Positions 37,258-49,995 of a stretch of DNA of 64,000 bases are shown here, one piece after another. The DNA is from Isurus oxyrinchus (lineage: Eukaryota). The stretch's first letter is position 1; each line of letters opens with the position of its first letter. The notes beneath the pieces are model-generated. The model saw only the letters and a list, made by a program, of their open reading frames with translations. It ran no database searches and was not told the origin of the DNA. Location: assembly GCA_026770705.1 (NCBI GenBank), contig JANJGN010000012.1, positions 76,322,001 through 76,386,000 of the forward strand, in the 5' to 3' direction. The position numbers and the translations under genes were made by a program.

Positions 37258-37868
37258 GGGCAGAAATCTGCGCTGAGCGAGTGGGCGCCCAACCCACTCG
37301 AGCGTAAAACGGCGCACAATGACATCAGGTGATCGTTTGGTCTGCAGCATGCCTGCCGACAATTAACAGGCCTATTAAGGCCATTAAAGTTCTAATCATA
37401 TTAAATTTTTTGCTGCCCATCCAACCTTACAGGTGGCGGGCAGGCAAAAAGACCCAGTGGCCTTTGGAATTTTTAGGAAACCTCATCCATGGGTGGGATG
37501 AGGTTTCCAACCGCAATTAAAAATTTACTAAAAATTCATTCATTACATGTCCCTGCTCATGTGACAGAGTTTCATGGGAGGACATGTTTTTAACATTGCT
37601 AATTTTTTTATTTTTAATGTTATAAATCTTCAGCTCCCTGAGGCAGCTGTGTGCCTCAGGGAGCTTTCATTGCACGCACTTCCGAACTTCTACCCTCGCC
37701 CTCCTTCCGCCCCCATCCTGGCAGTGCTGCTGTGCGCATTTTACACTGGCTAGCGTTAATTGGCCAGCCAGCTTGAAATCAATGTCGGGGCCTGATTGTG
37801 GGCAGCTGTCGGCTTCACGACCGCTCCCGGGTCCTCCGCGCCCGCCAGACAAAGTAAAAATCCTGGCC
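37258..37868. mobile_element. ~610-bp non-autonomous DNA transposon (Harbinger-like), CpG-rich
   Basis: Ends GGGCAGAAATCT / AAAATCCTGGCC with CTG on both sides; splits the CR1 motif aagtccccag...ctgatg. Confidence 0.7.
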
Positions 37869-38812
37869 CTGATGAACTTCATCCTTGGGTCTTAAAAGAA
37901 GTGGCTGCTGAGATTGTAGATAAATTGGTCGTAATTTTCCAAAATTCCCTAGGTTTTAGAAAGATCTCATTAGATTGGAAAATAGCAAATGTGACTCCTG
38001 CACAAGAAAGGAGGGAGATAGAAAGCAGGAAACTACTAGCCAGTTAGCCTAACATCTGTTATACAGAAAATGCTAGAATGTGTTATTAAGGAGGTTATAG
38101 CAGGACACTTAGTGAATCTTCATGTAACCAGGCAGAGTCAACATGGTTTTGTTCAAAGGACACTGTGCTTAACTAATTTATTAGAGTTCTTTGAGGAAAT
38201 AACAAGTCATGTGGATAAAGAGGAATCGGTAGATGTAGTACACTGATTTTTTAAAAGGTATTTGATAAGGTGCCACGTCAAAGGTTACTACACAAAATAA
38301 GAGTGCAAGGAGTAGGGGGTAACAGATTAGCATGGGTAGAGGATTGGTTAGCGAACAGGAGGCGGAAAGTGGGGATAAATGGGGCATTTTTGGGTAGGCA
38401 AGCTGCAACTAGTGAAATGCTGCAGGCATCAGTGCTGGGGCCTCAACTATTTACAATCTATATCAATGACTTGGGCAAAGGGACTAAATTAATGGCTGCT
38501 AAATTTGATGATGATACAAAGTAGGAGAGTAAGTTGAGAAGAGGACATAAGGAATCCACAAAGGGATATAGATAGGTTAAGGGAGTGGGCAAAAATTTGG
38601 CAGATGGAGTATAATGTTGGAAAATATGAACCTGTCCACCTTGGCAGGAAAAATATATTATTTAAAAGGAGAAGGACTGCAGAATGCTGTGGTAGAGGGA
38701 TCTGAGAGTCCAGGTGCATGAAACACAAAAAGTATGCAGACACAGCACTGATTATGAAGGCAAATAGAATGCTGGTGGTAATTGCAAGGGAAATGGAACA
38801 TAAAAGTAGGGA

Positions 38813-39045
38813 AAAAAGCAAAAAAACTGTGGATGCTGGAAATCCAAAACGAAAATAAAAATACCTGAAAAAACTCAGCAGGTCTGACAACATCTGCGGA
38901 GAGGAACACAGTTAATGTGTCAAGTCCGTATGACTCTTCGACAGAACTAAGAAAAAATAGAAAAGAAGTGAAATATAAGCTGGTTTGTGGGGGGGGGGGA
39001 AACAGGTAGAACTGGATAGAGGGCCAGTGATAGGTGGAGATAGCT
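38813..39045 (-). mobile_element. Penelope terminal-repeat fragment inserted in a CR1
   Basis: Close reverse-complement match to 62998-63226. Confidence 0.8.
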
Positions 39046-39714
39046 AAAGTTTTGCTACAGTTGTATAGGGCTTTGGTGTGACCACATCTGGAGTACTTGA
39101 ACAGTTTTGGTTTCCTTACTTAAAAAAAGCATATAATTTCATTAGAAGCAGTTCAGGGAAGGTTCGCTCAGCTGATTCCTGTGATAAAGGGGTTATCTTA
39201 TGAGGAAAAGTTGCACAGGCTGGGCCTGTATCCATTAGAGTTTAGAAAAATGTGAGGTGATCTTATATAAACATATGAGATTCTGAAGGGGCTCGACAGG
39301 GTGATTGCTGAAAGGATATTTCCCCCTATGGGAGAGGCTAGAACTGGGCAATACATTTTAAAAATAAGGGATCTCCCATTTAAGAGAGAGATCAGGAGAA
39401 TTTTTTTCCTTTGGAGGGTCATTAAATCTGTGGAATTCTCTTCCCCACAGAGCAGTGCAGGCAGCGTCACTGAGTATTTTTCAGGCCGAGTTATATAGAT
39501 TCATGATTGACAAGGTAGTCAAAGGTTATAGGAGGTAGACAGGAAAGTCAAGTTGAAAGAAGACACCATAATCAGATCAGCCATGATGGTAGAGCTGGCT
39601 TGAGGGGCCAAATGGCCTACTCCTGCTCCTATTTCATACGTTCATATACTTCTTAAACAAGAGAGTAAGTGTTCAGATTATTTTGAAAAAGCAGTGTAAG
39701 CAAGGACAAAGCAT

Positions 39715-40097
39715 CCCTGGAAAATATACCCTCAGTACAATAGAGATAGGACAATTTGCCCTCGGGGCAATCCAGATAGTTCAATCTTTCCACATGACAA
39801 CAGGGGCAGGACAATCCCCCTCAGGGCAGTAGAGGCAGGACAATCCCCCTCAGAGCAATACAGACAGGATAATCGCTTCTCAGAGCAATACATACAGGAC
39901 AATCGCCTCTCAGAGCAATACAGACAGGATAATACCCCCCTCAGGACAAAAGAGACAGGACAATTCTGCTCACAGCAATACAGATGGACAATCCCCCTCA
40001 GAACAATACATACAAGACAAACCCCATTCAGGGCAACACAGTCAGGACAATCCCCCTCAGGACCATAAAGGAAGGATAACCTTCCCTCAGTACAATA
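39715..40097. repeat. Degenerate ~29-30-bp minisatellite, about 12 copies
   Basis: Unit approximates AGGACAATCCCCCTCAGAGCAATACAGAC. Confidence 0.85.
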
Positions 40098-40099
40098 TA

Positions 40100-40420
40100 A
40101 TCTCAGCTAATCTAAATCAAGAAACTAGCAGAGATGCTACAATTGATCTCTCTGTCCTGGGTTAGGGAATCAATTAGGGTCTCGACTCTGATCACTATCT
40201 GAGGCTCCAGATGGAGAAAACATGCTCATGGCTTTAGATAAGGACAGGAACAGGTTTAGCTGTGCTGCCCTCCAGGTGAACAATCTGCTTATAGTAACAA
40301 TCTGAGCTCACACATGAAGAATAGTTGTTTGTGCAAGGTGCTGAGGGTCACCAGCATTCTTGCAATTGTACCTGAGCAAGAGTTAGCATCATCAGGATCA
40401 GGAGAGTGGAAATGAGGAGA
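40100..40420 (+). repeat. Old, unclassified SINE-like interspersed repeat (one of about 10 diverged copies)
   Basis: Recurrent motifs gctcacacatgaagaat, agcaagagt(t/c)agcatc and ttagctgatctc also near 520-830(-), 24000-24180, 26440-26580, 28180-28290, 33400-33700, 36310-36450 and 40920-41290(-). Confidence 0.55.
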
Positions 40421-40570
40421 GAGAAAGAAAAACAAGAAGCGGACCTGTTGGTGAATTTTCCTCTTTAGAAAGGGAGCTCTTTGTCATTGCACCAACTGCC
40501 CACAAACACAGCCATTAACAACACCAATTAACTCCCATGTGTCATCTACACCTGACCAGGGGACACTCAC

Positions 40571-40723
40571 TGCAAACTCAGGCAAGTTTTTCTCCAGATG
40601 TTCTTCACCTCCATCAACGAGCGTGGCAAGCGAGGTGCGGAGAACGCGGGAAAAGACCTCCAACTGCTGACAGGCTGTCGACACACTGGTTATTTCACCC
40701 TGGTATCCAGCATCTGAGATTAG
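40571..40723 (-). CDS. NELFCD: NELFCD exon 6
   Basis: ctgcag|CTA to GCA|gtgagt. LISDAGYQGEITSVSTACQQLEVFSRVLRTSLATLVDGGEEHLEKNLPEFA; 153 nt. Confidence 0.97.
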
Positions 40724-42159
40724 CTGCAGTGAGACAAAGAGACAGCAGAGAAGGACATGAGGCACCATTCGAAGAACCCAAAGACAGTCAGCCCTCCCAC
40801 TTTAATCTGGGATGACCTGGCAACTACTTGGTAGCTACAGCAGTAATATTTTCAGTCTGTGCCACTCCTGCAACCCCAGGGCTGGCTATCATGAAGCTTT
40901 GACACCATTCCACCCTCAACCTCCTCTGCCAAAGATGCTGACTCTTGCTGGGCTACAGTTCCACAAGTGCCTCTGTTTCCCTTTCAAGTAGTCGCTCTTC
41001 ATATGTCTAACTAGACAGCAAGTATCAACTGGCTCTCTGACTATAGGGGCATTAGTGCTGAGTCCAATTCTGTCTTCACTTGACAATTACTCATTAACAG
41101 GAGGGATTAGTAGATAGTGGGAATCTGGAAGGTTTATTTCTCCATTCCAAATGCATGGGTGCTGAGGCAAACTGCAAGTGTTCCTACCATAGCCTAACAT
41201 AGATTGGCCAAATAAGCAAAGATCAAGGATTGAACCTCAGCAAATAGCTGTACATATATAATGGTGCATTTACTAACTGAACCACTTAGGGGTTCTTGGC
41301 CTTCCATTTTAAGACCTGAATTTTAATTCTGCAGTCAAAATGGCTAAATGCTTCCATCAGAAACAGTCCCAAGCGTAATACTTTTGGCACATCTTCCATG
41401 CACAAAGGCATCTATAACTCAGTACTAATTACTTCTCCAGTTCAGGACAGTTTGTATATTAACTGGAAATGCTACAATGGTCATCTGAGCATGGGGCTAA
41501 GCCACATTGATGGGACGGTGTAGAGGGAGCTTTACTCCATATCCAACCTGCATTGTACCTGCCCTGGGAGTGTTTGATACAGAAGGTCAGTGCCTGAAGG
41601 AGTTCCATTTCCCAGCATTTAGCCCACCTCTTGACAAACAGATAATTTAGTAAAATTAAAGAAAATCATAAGATAAGGACATTGTGCTCATCCTCCTGGC
41701 CATCCCAACTGGACTCTGAACAGCCTCAAATCCTTCGACTCTTATCAGCTAGAGTTTTCCAAACTTTTACAACTAATTATAAACTCGCCCCCTTATCGCA
41801 CTTTCTTACCCTGGATTCATTTTATCAGTACCAATTACTTTATATACACTGATGAGGATTCCTTTGCCTATAACTGCAAAGACACAAGGCGGACTCTCAG
41901 CACCGCATAAGGTGTTAAGCCAAGGCCCTGTCAGTGGAAATAAAACAGCACTACTGTGAAGAAATGTAGGTGAGCTTTCCTGGTTCCCTGACCAATATTT
42001 ATCACTCAACCATCATCACTAAAATAAAGCAGATTGCGGGATCTTGCTGTGAGTAAATTGGCTGTTCTATTTCCTACATTACAATAGTGACTACACTTCA
42101 AATGTACTTCAAACTGTAAAGCTCTTTAACATGTCCTAAGATCATGAAAGGCACTAGTA

Positions 42160-43440
42160 TGAATCACAGAATCTTTACAGCACAGAAGGAGGCCATTCGG
42201 CCCATCGAGTCTGCACTGGCTCATTGAAAGAGCAATCTACCTAATCCCACTCCCCTGTCTTATCCCCACAACCTTGCACATTCGTTCTTTTCAGGTAGCA
42301 ATCCAGTTCCCTTCTGAATACCTCGATCGAACCTGCCTCCACCCTATCAGGAAGTGCGTTCCAGAGTCCAACCACCCTCTGGGCGAAAACATTTTTCCTC
42401 ACCTCACTTCTACTCCTTTTGCCCATTATTTTGAATCTATGCCCTCTAGTTCTTGATGTACTCTTGAGGGGGAATAGTTTCTCGCTATTTACCCTGTCCA
42501 TACCCCTCCTGAATACTTCTATCAAGTCTCTGTTATAGCAAAAAATATCATAGCTCCATTTGTCAACCTGTACCTGTAGTTCAGCAATCTAATTAGCCAC
42601 ACTCCGTGCATTCACATACATGCACATTAATCTTGATTTAGGTTTTTTAACTTTCCCCCTTGCTCGGACCCCATCTAATGACTTACTATAGCCTACTCTA
42701 GTTCTATAAGACTCGCCAAGTGTTCTATTTATCTTGATAGTACTTTCTGATATATCTTCCTTATCAATCAACACTTATCTATTTCTGACTGCCAGTTTTT
42801 CTCCTCTCCTCTCTGAATTTCCCCTCAGGTTCCCATTCCCCTGACAACCTAATTTAAACCCTCCTCAACAGCACTAGTAAAGCTCCCTGCGAGGACATTA
42901 GTCCCAGTCCTGTTAAGGTGTAAATTGTCCTTCTTGTACCGGTCCCACCTGCCCCAGAACCAGTCCCAATGCCTCAGAAATCTAAAGCCCTCCCTCTTAC
43001 TCCATTTCTCCAGCCACTGTTCAATCTTCCTATTCTTATGCTCACTAGCAAGTAGCACTGGGAGTAATCCTGAGATTACTGTTTTTGAGTCCTGTTTTCA
43101 ATTTCCTTCCTAACTCCCTAAAATCTGCTTTTAGGACCTCTTCCTTTATCCTGCCTATGTCTTGGTCCCAATTTGGACCATGACCTCTGGCTGCTTGCCC
43201 TCCCCCAAAAAATGTCCTGCAGCCGCTCTGTGACATCCTTGACCCTGGCACCAGGGAGGCAACATACCAGCCTGGAGTCACGTCTACGACTGCAAAGATG
43301 CCTGTCTGCTCCTCTAACTATGGAATCCCCTACCATTATAGCACTTCCACACTTCCTCCTCCCCTCCTGTGCAGCTGAACCACCCATGAACTTGGCTCTT
43401 GCTGCCATCCTCTGAGGAACCATCTCACTCACCGGCATCC
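42160..43440 (-). mobile_element. CR1 element retaining ORF1 (SGNH esterase) and the ORF2 start, joined directly to the 3' tail
   Basis: AIMVGDSIVRG, VCCLPGARVKD and LHLNRTG are CR1 ORF1 esterase motifs; MCMYVNARSVAN is the EN start; then IEVFR...TRGHRFKI and tail ggccgaatggcctcc. Confidence 0.8.
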
Positions 43441-44916
43441 AAAATGGGAATGCAGATCCTACTTTAGTGCTCTTGCAGCTGTATTACCCTGGCTGATCAG
43501 CACAATTCCTTTAAATTTATTTTGAGATTTTTTTCCTGTTAGTTTAGCTTTAGTTTTAAACTATCCCAGTTTTAGTTACTAATCTATTTGATATTAGGCC
43601 CGCATCAGTTACAGGCATTTCAACCCCACATAAAAAAGGCCCTACTCGTAGGAATGGCGCCCCTCCCTTCCTAAGAGATGGAGGACAAGAAGAAGCTCCA
43701 GAGGAACCATCAGAGTGATGCCTGCCTGTTATGGAAGTGGGCAACATAGACCCACTAGTAACAAGGTAGGGTGGTCCACAGATCCTGTCAGAGCTTTCAG
43801 GGCATAATGCAGAAGGTTGGACAAGGGAAACCATCCTTCCTGTCGGGATTGAACTTGCAAGGTGTCATATCACTAAAAAAAGGAAGCTTCAAAAGGTTGG
43901 AATTCATTTGATACACACACAGAGATAGATGCACTTGCAACCTGGGTGTCAGCACATACCAATGTATATTCTAAATGACTTGAGGTATTAGGGTCTTGAA
44001 AGTTGTGAGCGTGGCAAGGTTTCTGAATGCACATTGCATCTGGAAGACGCGCAATCTCAAGCCATGGTTATGTAAGGAACAAGCTGTAGGGTTGCAAGAA
44101 GGCTCTGCTTGGGTGTGGAGTGCAATGTGAAATGGGCAATGTTTAGTAGTATCAACTTTTGGGCTGTCAAAGCGACACATGTTGGGTTTTGATTCATTAT
44201 AAGATTTCATTTGTGTGCTAAACTCTTCTCTATCTGGATGCCAGGTCCTGCAGGTAGTATGCTTAGTGCTGAGCCGGCTCACCACCTATTGGTATGAACA
44301 GCGCCCTGTTGTTTTCTTGAAAAAGTATCCCAAAATTCCAAATTGGACACATGCCCCAACACCTACCTCATGCAGTTGAGTGACCTTGAAATAAGGGTTT
44401 GGCTTTTGTTCACACTAATCCACTTGTAAACAAAATCAGTTTTGGGGCTCTAAATTGGGTTTCCCTTTACTTCATTTACACCTGAGGCTTCTCCCCAGAA
44501 CTGCACACCCCACCCCATATTCCCCTATACCAAAGCTTACAAATATGTAAAACCAATCTTGAAGTTGATAAAGTTGTAATAAATTTTTGTCCCCATATGC
44601 AGGCGCACACCTCTTTAATTTGGATTTGATGAGGATTGTGTCATTCTCTCAGCTAAGTCAGAGTAAATTCACAGCCTATAGTGTGACGTTCGAGAAATAG
44701 TGGTGTAGTAGTAATATCACTGGACTGATAGTCCAGAGGTTCAGGCTAATGTTCAGGAAACATAGGTTCAAAATTCAAATTCAATTAATTAATAATTCTG
44801 GAATTGAAAGCTAGTCTCAGCAATGGTTACCATGAAACTATCATCAAGGGCCATCAAAACCCACCTGGTTCACTAATGTCCCTTTAGGAAAGGAAATCTG
44901 CTGTCCTTACCTGGTC

Positions 44917-45460
44917 TGAAGCTATTTATGTATATAATATTTTGGAAAATATTTTCTTTTAAAATAGAGGTTTAGTCTGTGGTTGTGTCTTAATTAGATT
45001 AAAGTCCACTAGTCTGGGTGCTCTGATATGCTTAGTTTGAGATGTAAACAGAGAGGTAGAGTGTATTTGCATTTTTTGAATAGTGCATTCAAGAAGTGAG
45101 GTGAAAACTTGACGCGTATCTAGCGAATGCCAAGCCATATGTTTATATGACTAATAAAATTGGCACTATGAAAGGGGTTTCATTGTTAAAAGGTGAAGTT
45201 CAAAGAGGCTGGTGAATCCAATCAGTGGTGGTAGGTATAACTTCAGCAGCTTTTGGGTGTGCAAAGCAGAGGCAATGTGAGATCAAAAGGCAGCTGCAGG
45301 TCTCCAACTGACTCCACAGTGAAAAGAACCTCATTTTGAATTCATAAGGTGAAAATGCTTTGCCTGGTGTTTGGTTAAGTCTGTGGGTTGCTGTTGCCTT
45401 AATGCAGATTAGTTTGGGAATTTGTTAAAAGTTATGATAGTAGTGATTTGTAGCCATGTG

Positions 45461-45500
<40 letters not shown>

Positions 45501-45674
45501 AACCTGTGTAAATTAATAGTTTAATGTATAGACTCGAGAATTGATGGTCTGATTCCTGAATTTAGAGTCCCATTTCAAACATAACACCTAAAATTATAAG
45601 TTATGACAGTTGTTTAAAGTATCCCTCTGGAATGTTTAAATAACTTTGCTTTACCAACTGCATCGGTCATAACA
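44917..45674 (+). mobile_element. Probable solo LTR inserted in a SINE; contains a (TA)n microsatellite
   Basis: Non-coding block with TG...CA ends (tgaagc...gtcataaca) that interrupts the SINE body. No target-site duplication found, so the left end may be truncated. Confidence 0.5.
45464..45497. repeat. (TA)n microsatellite within the probable solo LTR
   Basis: Read directly from the sequence. Confidence 0.95.
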
Positions 45675-45824
45675 CCTACACGTGACACTAGACCCACAGC
45701 AAAGTGGTTAACTCTTAACTGTCCTCTGAAATGAACTTGTAAGCTTGTCCGTTCAAGGGAGATTAAGGATGTGCAACAACATCCCTTGAAAGAATAAAAA
45801 AAACCTTCCTGCCATTATAAATCA

Positions 45825-47570
45825 TACGAACTTACGAATTAGGAGGAGGGGTAGGCCACTCAGCCCCTCGAGCCTGCTTAGCCATTTAATTAGATCATGG
45901 CTGATCTGATGGTACCCTTGCTGCCTATGCCCGATAAGCTTTCACCCCCTTGTTTATCAAGAATTTATCTAGCTCTGTCTTAAAAATATTCAAAGGCTCT
46001 GCTTCCACTGCTTTTTGAGGAAGGAAGTTCTCAATTCTCTAAGAGAAAAAAATTCTCCTCATCTGTCTTAAATGGGCAAGTCCTTATTTTTAAACAGTGA
46101 GCCCCTAGTTCTAGATTCTCCCAGAGGATGAAACATCCTCTCCACATACACCGTGAAGACCCCTCAGGATCTTAAAAGTTTCAATCAAGTCACCTCTTAT
46201 TCTTCTAAACTCCAATGAATACAAGCATAGCCTGTCCAATGTTTCCTCATAAGACAACCCACCCATTCCTGGTATTAATCCAGTAAACCTTCTCTGAACT
46301 ACTTCTTATTCATTTACATCCTTCTTTAAATAAGGATACCAATACTGTGCACAGTACTCCAGATATCGTCTCACCAGTGCCCTGTACAACTGAAACATAA
46401 CCTCCATACTACTGTATTCAATTCCCTTTGAAATAAACGATAACATTCCATTAGCTTTCTTAACTATTTACTGTACCTGCATACAAGCCTTTTGTGATTC
46501 ATGCACTAAGACACCCAGATCCCTCTGCATCTCAGAACTCTGAAGTCTCTCACCATTTAGATAATATGCTTCTTTTTTATTCTTCCTACAAAAATGAACA
46601 ATTTCACATTTTCCCTCACTATACTCCATTTGCCATATCTTTGCCCACTCACTTAACCTATCTATGTCCCTTTATAGCTTCCTTATGTCCTTTTCACAAC
46701 TTACTTTCCTACCAATCATTGTGTCATCAGCAAATTTAGCAACTATACCTTCGGTCCCTTCATCCAAGTCTTTTATATAAATTGTTAAATAGTTGAGGCC
46801 CTAAGACGGATCCCTGTCGCACACCACTCGTCACATTCTGCCAACCAGAAAAAGACCCATTTATGCCTACTCTCTGCTTCCTGTTTGCTGTCCAGTCTTC
46901 TATCCATGCCAATATGTTAACCCCTACATCATGAGCTTTTATTTTCCACAATAACCTTTGACGTGGAAATTTATCAAATGCCTTCTGGAAATCTAGGTAC
47001 AGCACATCCACCAATTCCCTTTATCCACAGTACATGTGACTCTTTCAAAGAAGTCCAATAAATTGGTTAAACATGATTTCACTTTCACAAAGCCATGCTG
47101 CTTCTGCCCGATTGCCTTGAATTTTTCTAAGTGCCCTGCCATAACATCTTTAATGATAGCTTCCAACATTTTCCCAATTATATATGTTAAGCTAACTGGT
47201 CTGTAGTTTCCTGCTTTCTGTCTCCCTCCCTTTTTGAATAATGGGGTTACATTTGCTATTTTCTAATCTAATGGAACCTTCCCCAAATCTAGGGAATTTT
47301 GGAAAATTAAAAGCAACACATCAACTATCTCACTAGCTACTTCTTTTAAGACCCTAGGATGAAGTCCATCAGGATCCAGGGATTTGTCAACCCAGAGCTC
47401 CAACAATTTGCTCAATTGGTGATTGTAATTTTCTGGAGTTCCTCCCTCCCTTCCATTTCCTGATTACAGCTATTTCTGGCATGTTACTTGTATAATCTAT
47501 AGGGAAGATCAATGCAAAGTGTTTGTTTAATTTATCCACCATCTCCTTATTTTCCATTATTAACAACGCA
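45825..47570 (-). mobile_element. CR1 LINE ORF2/3' remnant
   Basis: VDVLYLDFQKAFDK...SGVRQGSVLGPQLF; tail gagggctgagtggcctac. Confidence 0.85.
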
Positions 47571-47689
47571 TCCTTTGATTCACTGTTAGCACCAATAAAT
47601 TACAAACTGACTTACAGACTTCGAGTTGAACATGCAGTCAGGCTGTGAAAGGTTGTGGCGTCAGTAAAACTGCAAATTTCTATAATCCA

Positions 47690-49300
47690 AATACTGCTGA
47701 TAAGATATACCAAACTTGCAGAATTGGCATGTAAATGACAAATAAATGTTAATGTAGATAAGGGCGGAATGGTACATTTGGTAGAAGGAATAAGGAGATG
47801 GATGACACAAAGGTTGGCCAAGTGGTTAACAATGAGATTGAGTGTCTTGGGCTACAGGAAGATATAGACAGGATGGTCAATTGGGCAGATAAGTGGCGGA
47901 TGGAATTTAACCCTGAAAAGTGTGCGGTGATACACGTTGGAAGGAGCAATTTGACAAGGAAGTATTTAATGAACGGCATGACACTAGGAAGTTCTGAGGA
48001 ACAAAGGGACCTTGGCATGTGTGTCCATAGATCTCTGAAGACAGAGGGGCATGTTAGTGGGGTGGTGAAAAAGGCATTTGGGACACTTGCCTTTATCAAT
48101 CGAGGCATAGATTACAAAAGTAGGGAGGTCATGTTGGAGTTGTATAGAACCTTGGTGAGGCCACAGCTGGAGTACTGTGCGCAGTTCTGGTCACCACATT
48201 ATAGGAAGGATGTGATTGCACTGGAGGGGGTGCAGAAGTGATTCACCAGGATGTTGCCTGGGATGAAGAGAGGTCGGATAGACTTGGGTTGTTTTCGTTG
48301 AAGCAGAGAAGACTGAGGGGTGACCTGATCGAGGTGTAAAAGATTATGAGGGACATGGACAGGGTGGATAGGGAGCAGCTGTTCCCCTTAGTTGAAGGGT
48401 CAGTCACGAGGGGACACAAGTTCAAAGTGAGGGACAGGAGGTTTAGGGAGGATGTGAGGAAAAGCTTTTTTACCCAGAGGGTGGTGATGGTCTGGAATGC
48501 GCTGCCTGGGAGGGTGGTGGAGGCGGATTGCCTCACATCCTTTAAAAAATACTTAGATGAGCACTTGGCACGTCATAACATTCAAGGCTATGGGCCAAGT
48601 GCTGGTAAATAGGATTAGGTTTGAAGGTCAGGTGTTTTTCACGTGTCGGTGCAGACTCGATGGGCCGAAGGGCCTATTCTGCACTGTGTGACTCTGTGAT
48701 TCTCTGTGATTCTAAGGCCTTGAAACTTCGAAACTCCTTAAAACTAGATCTAAATGCAGCACAGGAGTGAGAATTTAAGCATAAACTCTCACAAATCATT
48801 AAAAGTAACATTAAGATGCAACAAAACAAATGGGGCTCATTTCTATTTGAATGGAATTCAAAAGCAAAGGAGTTATGTTAAACTTCTGTAGAACCGTGGT
48901 TAGACCACACTTAGAATACTGTGTTCAGTTCTGATCAGCTTATTACAAAAAAGATCTGGAGGCACTAGAGAAGGTGCAAAAAAAGTTTAAAAGATGATAC
49001 CAGGACCAAGAAGTTAAAACTAGCAGGAATGGCTGAACAGCCTGGGGCTCCTTACTCTAGAAAGAGGTCAAGCGATGACTTAATAGAGATCTTTAACCTT
49101 TTGAAGGTGTTTACAGGATAGACATAGAGAAGATGTTTACACTTGCTGGGGATTCAAAACTAGGAGACAGAAATAAAATATAATCAATAATAAATCCAAT
49201 AAAGAATTCAGGAGAAACTTCTTTACCCAGAGCATGTTTTGAAAGTGGAATTCATTACTACAAGGAGTAGTTTAGGTAAAAAGCATAGATGCATTGTTTC
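47690..49300 (+). mobile_element. Younger CR1 3' piece (about 47798-48712) nested within an older CR1
   Basis: 147-aa open frame DDTK...WADKWRMEFNPEKC...RPQLEYCAQFWSPHYRKD; tail ctctgtgattctctgtgattct; older CR1 continues to about 49300. Confidence 0.85.
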
Positions 49301-49340
49301 CGTGCTGTAAATACTACAATCAGTACAGGGATGGTTATAC

Positions 49341-49448
49341 CTTCACAGTAAAGTTCAGCATCAAACAGTCAGGATGAGCTTCTGCTAGTTTATAGAAGAG
49401 GTCTCTCCAAGTCACATGAGCGATCATCTGCTCCAGCCAGGCCGGGGT
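49341..49448 (-). CDS. NELFCD: NELFCD exon 5
   Basis: tttttccag|ACC to AAG|gtataa. [36 protein letters not shown]; 108 nt. Confidence 0.97.
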
Positions 49449-49995
49449 CTGGAAAAAAAAAGAAACACTTGAGAGTTAAATCATGCAGTTAAAAAAGCAG
49501 CTACAATGGAGACTACAGTGTCTTACTCAGCTCGAATGGCTACCAGATCAGACTGATTTCAAACAGTGCGTGCTTGCCTGCTCAAACACAAGTGGTGGGT
49601 GGAAAGAAAAAAACTTTCATCTATACAGCGAACCTCAGAATGTCCCAAATGAAGCTAATTAAGTACTTTTGAATTTGGTGGAGGAAACACAACAATCAAT
49701 TCGTATGGGGTAAGCTACCTCAAACAAGAAATAAGTGATCTGATAATATGTTTTAGTTGAGGCCTGAAGATTAGTTAAGGTATCAGGAGGACTCCCCAAT
49801 GGGATCTTCCACGTCTGTTTGAGAGGATCAGTTGGGCCTCGATTTGACATCTCATCCACCTCCGACTGTGAAGCATTCCTTCAGGACAGCAATGAAGTGT
49901 CAAGCTAGATTACATTTTCAAGGCTCTGCAGTTGGACTTTCGAGACCTTCTGAACTCAGAGGTAAGAGTGCCACCAACTGAGTCATGGCTGACAG

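Larger units (their letters stand above)
36720..39645 (+). mobile_element. Long CR1 ORF2 remnant with nested MITE and Penelope fragment
   Basis: PWLTKE; GPDELHPWVLKE; DWKIANVTP; SVLGPQLFTIYINDL; KFDDDTK; CR1 tail. Confidence 0.85.
44697..45803 (+). mobile_element. Second head+tail SINE of the same family, split by an ~760-bp insertion
   Basis: Head tggtgtagtagtaatatcactggac; body ...gtccctttaggaaaggaaatctgctgtccttacctggtc; resumes cctacacgtgac... at 45675; ends aagggagattaaggatg...catcccttgaaagaataaaaaaa. Confidence 0.8.
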
